Program-made: the position numbers and the translations under genes
In this document: piece by piece, positions 37,895 to 47,232 of the stretch
Layout: each line of letters opens with the position of its first letter
Position numbering within the stretch: the first letter of the stretch is position 1
IMG/VR virus record: IMGVR_UViG_3300034111_000674
Coordinates: 1 to 64,000 of that record
Direction: 5' to 3' (one strand)
Source: a virus
Taxonomy: Duplodnaviria; Caudoviricetes
DNA: 64,000 nt
The notes under the pieces: model-generated
Databases searched by the model: none
The model's input: only the letters and a program-made list of their open reading frames with translations
What the model was told of the DNA's origin: nothing

Positions 37895-38752
37895 ATGTCA
37901 ACAAGATATTTAGGTGCCGCATTAACTTCTAGTTTACAGACCCCTACCACAAATCCCAACAGTGTATGGAACACACGTGAAGAGCTGAGATATATACAAG
38001 AAGGTACTTGGGCACCCCTTGTTGTAGACTGTTTATTGGTAGGCGGTGGTGGTGGTGGTGGTGGGCCGGGTACCAACGTAAGTGGTGGTGGTGGTGGCGC
38101 TGGTGGATTTTTATTACAAAAATTAATTTTAACACCTGGAGCAATTTATACCATTATAATAGGGGTCGGCGGAGCAGGTGCCCCCGGAACAAATCTTCCA
38201 GGATTTAAGGGCGGTAATACTACTATAAGTGGTCCCAAAATCAATCTAGTGGCATACGGCGGTGCTCCTGGAATGATATTTCCAAATGCATACCCAGGCG
38301 GCCCTATAGGTGGTAGTGGCAGCGGGGTTAGTGGAAACAGCGGCGGCGGCCACAGTGGTAACGGTCCTGTAGGGTTTGGAACATTTGGACAAGGCTTTGA
38401 CGGATCACTGGGAACTGGCGTTCTAGGAAGTACTGGTTGTAGTGGCGGAGGAGGCGGAGGTGCTGGAGGTCCTGGAACTATAGCGGCCGGAGGACCGGGT
38501 AGATTAAGTTCTATTACTGGAAATCTAGTTGTGTATGCAAGTGGAGGAATTGATACAGTTATATCGGGAGCTGCCAATAGAGGCAATGGAGGCGGCGGTG
38601 GCAGCGGCACGCCGGGCGCAAGTGGCGGCAGCGGTATAGCTGTTATAAGAGCACAAGTAACAGCACGTTCTACAACTGGGTCTCCAATAATTACAACTGT
38701 GGGATCGTCTACTGTTTATACTTTTACAGGTAGTGGTACAATAACTTTTTAA
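37895..38752 (+). CDS. Glycine-rich domain fibre-tip protein
   Basis: VDCLLVGGGGGGGG...GGGGGAGG...GGSGIAVIR...TVYTFTGSGTITF, the polyglycine adhesin-type pattern. Confidence 0.75.
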   Translation: MSTRYLGAALTSSLQTPTTNPNSVWNTREELRYIQEGTWAPLVVDCLLVGGGGGGGGPGTNVSGGGGGAGGFLLQKLILTPGAIYTIIIGVGGAGAPGTNLPGFKGGNTTISGPKINLVAYGGAPGMIFPNAYPGGPIGGSGSGVSGNSGGGHSGNGPVGFGTFGQGFDGSLGTGVLGSTGCSGGGGGGAGGPGTIAAGGPGRLSSITGNLVVYASGGIDTVISGAANRGNGGGGGSGTPGASGGSGIAVIRAQVTARSTTGSPIITTVGSSTVYTFTGSGTITF

Positions 38753-38755
38753 ATT

Positions 38756-41700
38756 ATGAGCAAACAATATCCAGGTGGTTATATAACCAAACTAGCTAGT
38801 ACTCCAAACATAATATCTGCTCCAGGTATTTGGACCCTAGATCAGGCTGCCCAGTATATATCTGACGATAGTTGGCCAGGACTGCCTTCAGATCCAAATT
38901 TTAATAACGTAACACTGTTGTTAAACGGCAACAACATTCAAGGCAGGTCTAACAATTGTTTTATAGACTCCTCGCCTAGTAAAATGGCTTTTACTAGGTC
39001 TGGCAATACCACTCAGGGCAGTTTTAATCCACACGGCCCGCTGTGGTCAAACTATTTTGATGGCAATAATTATATCTATTATGATGTAACTACATCAAAT
39101 GCCCCTGGAACCGATAATTTTTCAGTAGAATGTTTTGTAAATGTTACAAATAATACTGAAAACAGGGGAATTTGCCAGTTCAGTGCCACCAGCACTGGTC
39201 TTCAGGGCAGTAGCAGTGCTACCTTGATGATGCAACTATATAATGGTAATTGGTGGTACCATGCTGGTAATGAGAGCAGAGGTCCCTATGGTACTGTAGT
39301 GCCAAATAGGTGGTATCACGTTATAATAACAAGATTTAATTCAACAACTTATTTAATTGTAGATGGCACCGCACTACACGCTTTTGGAGATTCTACTAAT
39401 TACAGTACTGCTCGTTACGTGGCAGTAGGTGGAGGTTATGCGAGTGGGTATTTAGGCAAATGTTACATCAGTAATTTTAGGTATATAAAAGGTTTCGCAC
39501 CATATATTGGTGTTTCTTATTCCAGACCAACATCACCTCTTACAAATGTTCAGGGAACTCAACTACTAACTTGTAATAGTAATAGAACCATAGATACTAG
39601 TCTTAATAACGTACCAGTAACCAGAAGTGGTACTACACTTGTTAAACGGCTAAGCCCATTTAACCCGCCTTCAAAATACGAAACTTCTAACAGTGACATT
39701 GGTTGGTCTAATTTTTTTAATATTAACACAGATCATTTGCAGATACCTTATTCATCACAATTTGCTTTTGATACCGGCGACTTTACAGTTGAGTGCTGGG
39801 TAAATTTTAATTCCAGAAGCACGACATTTTCACCTATAATAATGTTGGGTACTGGTGTTGATGCCATACCTGTTCAGCGATTAGCATCTTGGGCACTGTA
39901 TGCAGATAATAGTGCTAATACATTGGTATTTAATAGATATACTCCTACCAATATAGCCGTTAGTTTTTCTTGGACGCCTGTTTTAAATCGTTGGTACCAT
40001 ATAGCAGTGTCTAGAAGCGGCACCAGTTTTAGAGCTTTTATAGATGGTGCACAAATAGGAACTACACAAACATCTACAACTAATTACTCTGCTGTTAATA
40101 CTTCAGATCCTTTAGTTATTAGTAGATTTATTGCTTCTGGCGGAGTTGTTTATGGCTTTAACGGTTATATTAGCAATGTTAGAGTACTAAAAGGTACCGC
40201 TGTATATACCAGTAATTTTTTACCTTCCACAACACCATTAACTGCTATAACCAATACTGCTCTGTTAACCTGTAACAGCAGTACAATTGTAGATAATAGT
40301 ACGAACAGTTTTTCTATAACCAGAAACGGCCTTATCCCTGTAGAAAAATTTAGTCCTTTTCACAGTTCAATAAATGAAAATACTGTCTTAACTCGCAGTG
40401 TTTATTTTAACGGTGCCTCTGTTATAACAGCTAGTAATACTGTAACAAATTTCGGAACAGGAGATTTTACAGTTGAGTGCTGGTTTCGGACTAATGTAAT
40501 TGATACTAGCAGCGATACAATAATTTCTAATTATAATAATGCTAGTGGGGGTTCTATTGGAGTTTATATAAATAGAGGAACCAGTGGTGGTATACAGGTT
40601 TATCAAGGCACAGGTAATACATTGGTATTAAATGCACCAAGTGTTATTACTGCCACTAATACTTGGTATCACATTGCAGTTGCTAGATCAAGTGGGGTAT
40701 CTAGGTTATTCCTTAATGGTATATTAATGACCACTGCTACAGACACCAGCAATTATGGTATAGACAATTCTGTAGTTGCCATTGGAGGGGCAAGTGTAAA
40801 TGGCGTTTATGGGAGCTTTTTTCAGGGGCTAATATCTAACCTACGTGTGGTTAAAGGTACTGCTCTATACACAAATTTTACTCCGCCTACTGCACCTCTT
40901 ACTGCTATTACTAATACTCAGTTGCTAACTTCTCAAAGTAACCGCTTTGTAGACAATAGCAGCAACGCTTTTACGGTCACTAGTACCGGAGATACAAGCG
41001 TTCAACCATTTAGCCAATTTGCACCCACAGCATCGTGGAATGCTACTATTAATGGCGGTAGTGCGTACTTTGATGGTAGCGGAGATTACATTTCTGCACC
41101 TGCTTCGGGTTTTGCACTACCTGGAGATTTTACGGTAGAAGCATGGGTTTATATTGCCGGTAACAGCCCTCTAGACGGTGCCAGTCAAAGAAGTGCTGTA
41201 ATAGCATCTACTATGCAAACCAGCAATCCAGTTAGTGGATTTACTTTTTACATTGGTGGTAATTCAGCAATTACTGGCATATTTCTAGCTGCCGAAATGC
41301 GTGTAGGTGGAATTGTTACAGGTTATAGTACATCAGTAAGCATACCACAAGGGGTATGGAATCATATTGCTTTTGTAAGAACTGGCACAACATTAACCTA
41401 TTATTTAAATGGTATAAATGTAGGTTCAAGCTCTGGTGTAAGTCAAAACATACCTGTAAATAATGCACTAACTATAGGTGGACAAACTGTTCCTTCGTAT
41501 ACGCGAGACTTAAATGGATATATATCAAATTTGCGTATAGTAAGCGGTACAGGAGTTTATACTGGTAACTTTACCCCACCCACTGCACTCCTTACTGCTA
41601 TTACTAATACTAGTCTCCTGCTAAATTTCGCTAATGCAGGCATTTACAACGCAGTGTCTAGCAATGTTATAGAGACTGTAGGCAATGCCCAAGTAAGCAC

Positions 41701-44700
41701 TGTACAAAGCAAGTGGGGTGGGTCGTCTATTGCATTTGACGGATCGGGTGATCGTTTAGTATCTGCTCCTTCCCCTCTTAATGTATTAGACTCTGGCAAT
41801 TTTACAATTGAATTTTGGTTATACCCAAATAATACTGCATCTGCTTATAGAGCGTTAGTTTCGAGCGAAAATTATCCTTCCACAACTGGCGGATGGACTT
41901 TGTATCAAAACGGCACATCAATCGAGTTTTGGATAACAGGATCATTAATACTCGGCTCTGGATCTTTAGCAATAACCGCAAGCACTTGGCAACATCTAGC
42001 TCTTTGCCGTGCATCGGGTACATTACGTTTGTTTATAAACGGAACAAGTATTGCCTCTGTGTCAAACAGTACATCATTGACAGGTCGGCAAATTTGGATT
42101 GGAGACAATAATTCTAGCGGCGGCGGACTTTATTTTTACAACGGTTACATAGATGACCTGCGCATTACTCATGGAGTTGCCCGTTATATTACAAACTTCA
42201 CTGCTCCTACACAGGCGTTTTCTAATGTAGCAAGTGGAGATCAATTTCTGTCTAATGTTGTACTGTTATTAGCTGATAACGGCACTAATAGTAGTCAGAA
42301 CAACACATTTATTGATTCTAGTACTAACAACTTTACAATTACCCGCGTTGGCAACACTACACAGGGCACGTTCTCGCCGTTTAGTCAGACAGGATGGAGC
42401 AACTATTTTGACGGGACAGGAGATTATTTGAGTGTTCCAAGTAATTCGGCTATAGTAGTTGGAAGCTCTGATTTTACCGTCGAAGCATGGATCTATTTAA
42501 CAACAACAGGGCCTTGGACTGGATACATTTTTGGTAAACGAGCGGGTTCAGGCTCTTTGGGAATAATACTCGGTTTTGAAGCAGCAAGTGTTCCTCGTTT
42601 ATTAGCGTCAGTTGATGGTAGCAATTGGAATGTCCTCATAAACAGTAGTATTTCTGTTACTCCGCAAACGTGGACTCATATAGCGGCTACTCGCAGTGGA
42701 AATTCATGGAGACTATTCGTAAATGGTCAACAGGGAGCTACCGCTACAGTCGCAGGAACTGTAGTTGATTCTGGTGCTAACTTGACAATTGGAGCTAATG
42801 CTGCTAACGGAACAAGTGTATTTCCCAGGGGGTATATAAGCAATTTTAGATTGGTAAAAGGTACGGCTTTATACACAAGTAGTTTTATACCATCTCAGAC
42901 ACCATTAACCCCATTAACCCCAGTAACAAATACGGCACTATTAACCTGTCAAACAAATGTTATACAGGACAGATCTTCCAATAATTTTTCTATAACCAAT
43001 AACAATAATGCTGTAATAGATCTCAACAGCCCCTTTACAGAAACGTCTTCAGAAACAGCTTTATTGTCAGAAATTGGCAGTTTATATTTTGATGGTGCCG
43101 GAGATAGCCTAATAATACAAGACAACTTAGCTTTAGAGCCTGAAAATAGTAATTTAACTTGGGAAATGTGGATTAATACCACAGTAACAGCACAGTATAG
43201 TACATTATTTAGTAGATACGCTTCTAGTTTTGGGGCAGGAAGTTGGACTTTATTATTAAACAACACCGCAAGCGCAGGAAACGTTGCTATGTGGTTTTCA
43301 GACTTTAGTGGATCTACGCCATTATTGCTATCTAGTGGAGTCAATGTGTGCGACGCAAGGTGGCACCACATAGCCGTGGTTAGAAACGGCAGTAGTTGGG
43401 TCCTTTATGTGGATGGCGTTTCTAGGGCTACTGCTACCTGGTCAGGAACTGTATCTAATATAACACCTCCTGTATTGATAGGAGCAGACTCAGTTAACGG
43501 AAGAAATTATATTGGTTATATTTCTAACCTTCGCATAGTAAAAGGTACTGCACTTTACACTGCCAACTTTATTCCGCCAACATCTTCTCTAACCGCAGTT
43601 GCAGGTACCTCACTGTTAACTTGTCAAAACAATCTTATAGTAGATAATAGTTCCAATGGTTTTAATATTACTCCAACTAGCAATGTTAGAGCTGATCCAT
43701 TTAATCCCTTTACATCAAGTACTCTAGTACCCTATAATAAGTTTGCCTCCGGTGGTAGCGCATCTTTTGACGGTACCGGAGATTGGTTAAGCTCATCATT
43801 TAATCCTTCATTAAATCTGGGACTTCTTCCATTCACTTTTGAAACTTGGGTTTACCCAAATAGTGTTACTGGAATTGTTGGATTGTATGCGGTTTCTGCT
43901 GGTGCTGGTACTGTACCTAAATTTATTGTACATTTAGATGCTGGTACACCAAAAGTACATTATAATGGCCTAACAGGCGGCAGTAATATCTACAACAATG
44001 CAACTACTGCTATACCAGTCGGCAGTTGGTCACATATTGCATTTGTTAGAGCACTTGACGGTAAGTGGACTTGGTTTGTCAATGGCATACCTTCTGGAAC
44101 TGGTACTAACACTACTGATATAACTTTTACTTCGCAGCCATCTTATATAGGGTATGGGGGTGAAGCAACTTTTACTCCACTCAATGGTTATTTGAGTAGT
44201 ATGAGATTGTTAGCTAATACAACATTGTACACTACTGCATTTATTCCTCCCAGAAGCCCTGTTGTTTCAACAGATCTAAATACGCGACTATCAATGAATT
44301 TTACTAATGCGGGCATAGTAGACAGTTCTTGTAATACTAACATAGAAGTGTTTGATGGTGCTCACATAAGTACTGTACAGAGCAGGTGGGGCGGTAGCAG
44401 TTTGTATTTTGACAGTAGTTCAGACAGACTCTTATTTTTAAACTCTCCAGAATATTCGTTTGGTACTGGAAATTTTACTATAGAGTTTTGGTTTAATTCT
44501 CAAGACATGAGCGGCAGCACTCAAAGGGGATTTTTACAAACTTCACAGGCTGCCGGAGGATTACATGCTAGTTATACGAGTGGCATAGCTATTTATCAAG
44601 GTATAAATGGTAGTAATACCCCTACTACTGGTGGAATAGCGGCAAACGTGTTAGGTGCTGTTATTGGTAGCAGTGCTACATTTTCCCCAAATACTTGGCA

Positions 44701-44941
44701 CCATTTAGCCTTGGTAAGATCATCTGGCGTAGTAACGCTGTATGTCAATGGTACTGCAAATGGAAGCAGCGCATCTGCTACTGTTGCTGGAGATTTACCC
44801 CACGGTAATTTGGTAATTGGTGGTTATTATAGTGCTAGCTATTTGTATCAAGGATATATAGATGACTTGCGTATTACCCGTGGAGTTGCCCGCTACACTG
44901 CGAACTTCACTCCACCTAGTGCACCCCACTACTTGAGGTAA
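38756..44941 (+). CDS. Multi-LamG / concanavalin A-like lectin domain protein (9 domains), putative adhesin
   Basis: Nine repeats of S-x-x-F-D/N-G...DFTVE-x-W...W-x-H-I/V-A-x-x-R...GYI-S/D-N/D-x-R. Confidence 0.85.
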   Translation: MSKQYPGGYITKLASTPNIISAPGIWTLDQAAQYISDDSWPGLPSDPNFNNVTLLLNGNNIQGRSNNCFIDSSPSKMAFTRSGNTTQGSFNPHGPLWSNYFDGNNYIYYDVTTSNAPGTDNFSVECFVNVTNNTENRGICQFSATSTGLQGSSSATLMMQLYNGNWWYHAGNESRGPYGTVVPNRWYHVIITRFNSTTYLIVDGTALHAFGDSTNYSTARYVAVGGGYASGYLGKCYISNFRYIKGFAPYIGVSYSRPTSPLTNVQGTQLLTCNSNRTIDTSLNNVPVTRSGTTLVKRLSPFNPPSKYETSNSDIGWSNFFNINTDHLQIPYSSQFAFDTGDFTVECWVNFNSRSTTFSPIIMLGTGVDAIPVQRLASWALYADNSANTLVFNRYTPTNIAVSFSWTPVLNRWYHIAVSRSGTSFRAFIDGAQIGTTQTSTTNYSAVNTSDPLVISRFIASGGVVYGFNGYISNVRVLKGTAVYTSNFLPSTTPLTAITNTALLTCNSSTIVDNSTNSFSITRNGLIPVEKFSPFHSSINENTVLTRSVYFNGASVITASNTVTNFGTGDFTVECWFRTNVIDTSSDTIISNYNNASGGSIGVYINRGTSGGIQVYQGTGNTLVLNAPSVITATNTWYHIAVARSSGVSRLFLNGILMTTATDTSNYGIDNSVVAIGGASVNGVYGSFFQGLISNLRVVKGTALYTNFTPPTAPLTAITNTQLLTSQSNRFVDNSSNAFTVTSTGDTSVQPFSQFAPTASWNATINGGSAYFDGSGDYISAPASGFALPGDFTVEAWVYIAGNSPLDGASQRSAVIASTMQTSNPVSGFTFYIGGNSAITGIFLAAEMRVGGIVTGYSTSVSIPQGVWNHIAFVRTGTTLTYYLNGINVGSSSGVSQNIPVNNALTIGGQTVPSYTRDLNGYISNLRIVSGTGVYTGNFTPPTALLTAITNTSLLLNFANAGIYNAVSSNVIETVGNAQVSTVQSKWGGSSIAFDGSGDRLVSAPSPLNVLDSGNFTIEFWLYPNNTASAYRALVSSENYPSTTGGWTLYQNGTSIEFWITGSLILGSGSLAITASTWQHLALCRASGTLRLFINGTSIASVSNSTSLTGRQIWIGDNNSSGGGLYFYNGYIDDLRITHGVARYITNFTAPTQAFSNVASGDQFLSNVVLLLADNGTNSSQNNTFIDSSTNNFTITRVGNTTQGTFSPFSQTGWSNYFDGTGDYLSVPSNSAIVVGSSDFTVEAWIYLTTTGPWTGYIFGKRAGSGSLGIILGFEAASVPRLLASVDGSNWNVLINSSISVTPQTWTHIAATRSGNSWRLFVNGQQGATATVAGTVVDSGANLTIGANAANGTSVFPRGYISNFRLVKGTALYTSSFIPSQTPLTPLTPVTNTALLTCQTNVIQDRSSNNFSITNNNNAVIDLNSPFTETSSETALLSEIGSLYFDGAGDSLIIQDNLALEPENSNLTWEMWINTTVTAQYSTLFSRYASSFGAGSWTLLLNNTASAGNVAMWFSDFSGSTPLLLSSGVNVCDARWHHIAVVRNGSSWVLYVDGVSRATATWSGTVSNITPPVLIGADSVNGRNYIGYISNLRIVKGTALYTANFIPPTSSLTAVAGTSLLTCQNNLIVDNSSNGFNITPTSNVRADPFNPFTSSTLVPYNKFASGGSASFDGTGDWLSSSFNPSLNLGLLPFTFETWVYPNSVTGIVGLYAVSAGAGTVPKFIVHLDAGTPKVHYNGLTGGSNIYNNATTAIPVGSWSHIAFVRALDGKWTWFVNGIPSGTGTNTTDITFTSQPSYIGYGGEATFTPLNGYLSSMRLLANTTLYTTAFIPPRSPVVSTDLNTRLSMNFTNAGIVDSSCNTNIEVFDGAHISTVQSRWGGSSLYFDSSSDRLLFLNSPEYSFGTGNFTIEFWFNSQDMSGSTQRGFLQTSQAAGGLHASYTSGIAIYQGINGSNTPTTGGIAANVLGAVIGSSATFSPNTWHHLALVRSSGVVTLYVNGTANGSSASATVAGDLPHGNLVIGGYYSASYLYQGYIDDLRITRGVARYTANFTPPSAPHYLR

Positions 44942-44945
44942 AATA

Positions 44946-45320
44946 ATGGCACATTTTGCTAATTTAGACAACAACAATACAGTAGTTAATGTTATAGTTG
45001 TAAATAACGAAGAACTACTAGAGGACGGTATAGAATCAGAAACCAAAGGTATTGCTTTTTGCATGTCTCTGTTTCCAGACACAAACTGGAAACAAACATC
45101 TTATAACGGCACATTTCGTAAACATTATGCAAATCCTGGATTTACATATAATAACGAATTAGACGCTTTTATACCCCCTAAACCATATAGTGATTGGATA
45201 TTGGATACAAAAACGTGTACTTGGGTAGCACCGCTACCCTATCCAGATGACGGTGTATGGTATATATGGAGTACTGAACAAGCAACTTGGGTCACAGTTC
45301 AATCGTATTTTCAGGAGTGA
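44946..45320 (+). CDS. Small protein usually accompanying Gly-rich/LamG fibre genes
   Basis: MAHFANLD-x-N-N-x-V...WKQTSYN...RKHYA-x-x-G-x-x-Y...DAFIPPKPY-x-x-W pattern. Confidence 0.6.
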   Translation: MAHFANLDNNNTVVNVIVVNNEELLEDGIESETKGIAFCMSLFPDTNWKQTSYNGTFRKHYANPGFTYNNELDAFIPPKPYSDWILDTKTCTWVAPLPYPDDGVWYIWSTEQATWVTVQSYFQE

Positions 45321-45326
45321 TCTGTT

Positions 45327-45360
45327 AAAAATACCCGGCCCACAAAGCTGGGTATTTTTT
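45327..45360 (+). terminator. Rho-independent terminator closing cassette A
   Basis: AAAAATACCCGGC-CCACAAA-GCTGGGTATTTTT-T. Confidence 0.88.
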
Positions 45361-45363
45361 CGC

Positions 45364-45392
45364 TTGACCAAAGTTTGCCTTCATGATATAAT
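45364..45392 (+). promoter_or_regulatory. Sigma70 promoter heading cassette B
   Basis: TTGACC (45364-45369), 17 bp spacer, TGa-TATAAT (45387-45392). Confidence 0.85.
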
Positions 45393-45448
45393 AGTACCAA
45401 AATCACAGAGCACGAAAAACTCGGCTCTATATAATAGAGGAGTGCCCT

Positions 45449-46033
45449 ATGGCTGGTCCAACAAAACTGAATCTTAAAATATATCAGGGCAGTACCTTTC
45501 GTGAGACTATTCGTTGGGAAAGTCCTGTAAAGGTTTATGCCCCAATCACCATGGTTAGTAAAAGTGCCCCCATGGTAATAACTGCACAAAATCACGGCTT
45601 ACCTAATGGGTGGAGATTAAAAATCAGTGGTGTTGGGGGCATGAAAGAAGCTAATACAACGGACTGGGTATACGCTAGTGATGTTACTGCTAATACTGTT
45701 GCTATAAACAGCGCTAATTCCTTGGCATATACTACATTTACCAGCGGTGGCGTTTTAGAGTACAATCAGCCAATTGATCTAACAGGATATACTGCACGAA
45801 TGCAAATCCGGGAAAAGATTACAAGTGAAACTGTACTGGAAACATTGACGACTGAAAACGGTAAAATCTTAATAGATACGTCTCAGAAAACAATCTCTCT
45901 GGTGTTAAGTGCCGAAATGACAGCGGCGTATGCATGGAAGTCAGGAGTTTACTCTCTAGAAATGGTAAAAGACGGTGTTGTTACAGGACTTATTTATGGT
46001 TCAGTATCTGTGGAACGTGAGGTAACTCGATGA
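45449..46033 (+). CDS. T5 p132/LtfC-like fibre adaptor with an inserted small beta-barrel domain
   Basis: LKIYQGSTF...PIDLTGYTARMQIR...GVYSLEM...GSVSVEREVTR matches the p132/BppU pattern. Residues ~31-105 (ITAQNHGL...ISGVGGM) form an FCCH-like insert. Confidence 0.65.
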   Translation: MAGPTKLNLKIYQGSTFRETIRWESPVKVYAPITMVSKSAPMVITAQNHGLPNGWRLKISGVGGMKEANTTDWVYASDVTANTVAINSANSLAYTTFTSGGVLEYNQPIDLTGYTARMQIREKITSETVLETLTTENGKILIDTSQKTISLVLSAEMTAAYAWKSGVYSLEMVKDGVVTGLIYGSVSVEREVTR

Positions 46034-46425
46034 AATTGAGCACAGAATTAAGAAATCAAATGTTGGCGCAATACGAATCTTTTTTAGGTCCAAGTCCTGT
46101 TATAGAGATTAGAACAGGAACTGCTCCAGCAACATGCGAAGATACTGCAACAGGCACTAATTTAGTTTCCATAACACTACCAACAGATTGGTTTACTACA
46201 CCTATTACTGGCACAGTATCGAAACAAGGCACATGGTCAGCAACATCGCAAGCTCAAGGAACAGCCGGCCACTACCGATTCAGATCTAATAGTGGAATAG
46301 TGCATGAACAAGGAACCATTACCACAGCTGGTGGTGGGGGAGACTTGGAAATAGATAGTATCAATATAGCGTTAAGTCAAATTGTCCAAATAGTCACTTG
46401 GACACGAACACAAGGAGGCCAATAA
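46030..46425 (+). CDS. Small beta-rich structural subunit, paralogue 1
   Basis: 131 aa: RNQML N-helix, IEIRTG, GTAGHYR, DLEIDSINIA...QIV. Confidence 0.6.
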   Translation: MKLSTELRNQMLAQYESFLGPSPVIEIRTGTAPATCEDTATGTNLVSITLPTDWFTTPITGTVSKQGTWSATSQAQGTAGHYRFRSNSGIVHEQGTITTAGGGGDLEIDSINIALSQIVQIVTWTRTQGGQ

Positions 46426-46796
46426 TGGCAGTAGTATATACAACAGCGGTAAAGAACGCCCGCTTGAACGCAGTTACAACCGCCATCGGAACCACTGGTG
46501 TTCTAGAAATTGGCACAACCGGTATGGCCTTAGTATTGGCCACCATCAACTTGGGCAATCCAGCCGCTCCTGCTGCAGCGAGTGGTGTATTGACCTTTAC
46601 CATGCCTCAAAGCGACAACGCAGCTGATGCCACCGGCACAGCAGCTGAGGCCAGAATCCGTACTGCGTCGGGCGGTACTGATGTGGTAACTGGGTTGACA
46701 GTGGGCACCAGTGCTACTGACATTGTGTTAGACAATCTCTCAATTGCCACAGGTCAGCAGGTTACCATCAATAGTGCAACTATTACACACGCATAA
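46425..46796 (+). CDS. Small beta-rich structural subunit, paralogue 2
   Basis: Start moved to ATG 46425 (TAATG overlap, GGAGG RBS). KNARL N-helix, LEIG, GTAAEAR, DIVLDNLSIA...QQV parallel ORF 46030. Confidence 0.65.
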   Translation: MAVVYTTAVKNARLNAVTTAIGTTGVLEIGTTGMALVLATINLGNPAAPAAASGVLTFTMPQSDNAADATGTAAEARIRTASGGTDVVTGLTVGTSATDIVLDNLSIATGQQVTINSATITHA

Positions 46797-46798
46797 TC

Positions 46799-47224
46799 AT
46801 GGCTGATAATCTAGGTTATACCCCCGGCAGCGGGGCAACCGTTGCCACAGAAAATTCTGGAGGGGTCCACCACCAACGCGTGTTGATGGAAACCGCTGTG
46901 GAGGGTGTTCCAACCGACGTTTCTGCTGCCTCACCCATGCCTGTTGCGTCAAGTCGCAGCGATGACTTGTTGGTGATGTTGAGCCGCATTGTCAAACTGT
47001 TGGAAAGTAATGCAACGGTTGACAGTGCACAACGTCAGCGTGTGGTTGTTGATAGTGGTGCGATTACTGCCTCTATTGCCTCCGCTCAGACCTTGGGAAC
47101 CGTAACAACGGTTTCATCCGTGACCAACATGGTATCAAATGCAGGTATGGATCGCGAACAGTACATCAACATTGCAAAACAGACGTACAGTCAAGGCATA
47201 CGTTCTGGTTTAACTTTCCAGTGA
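46799..47224 (+). CDS. Fibre/linker-like hypothetical protein
   Basis: 141 aa with a GGVHHQRV N-terminal motif, a helical middle and TVTTVSSVTN strand repeats. Confidence 0.55.
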   Translation: MADNLGYTPGSGATVATENSGGVHHQRVLMETAVEGVPTDVSAASPMPVASSRSDDLLVMLSRIVKLLESNATVDSAQRQRVVVDSGAITASIASAQTLGTVTTVSSVTNMVSNAGMDREQYINIAKQTYSQGIRSGLTFQ

Positions 47225-47232
47225 GGTAATAA

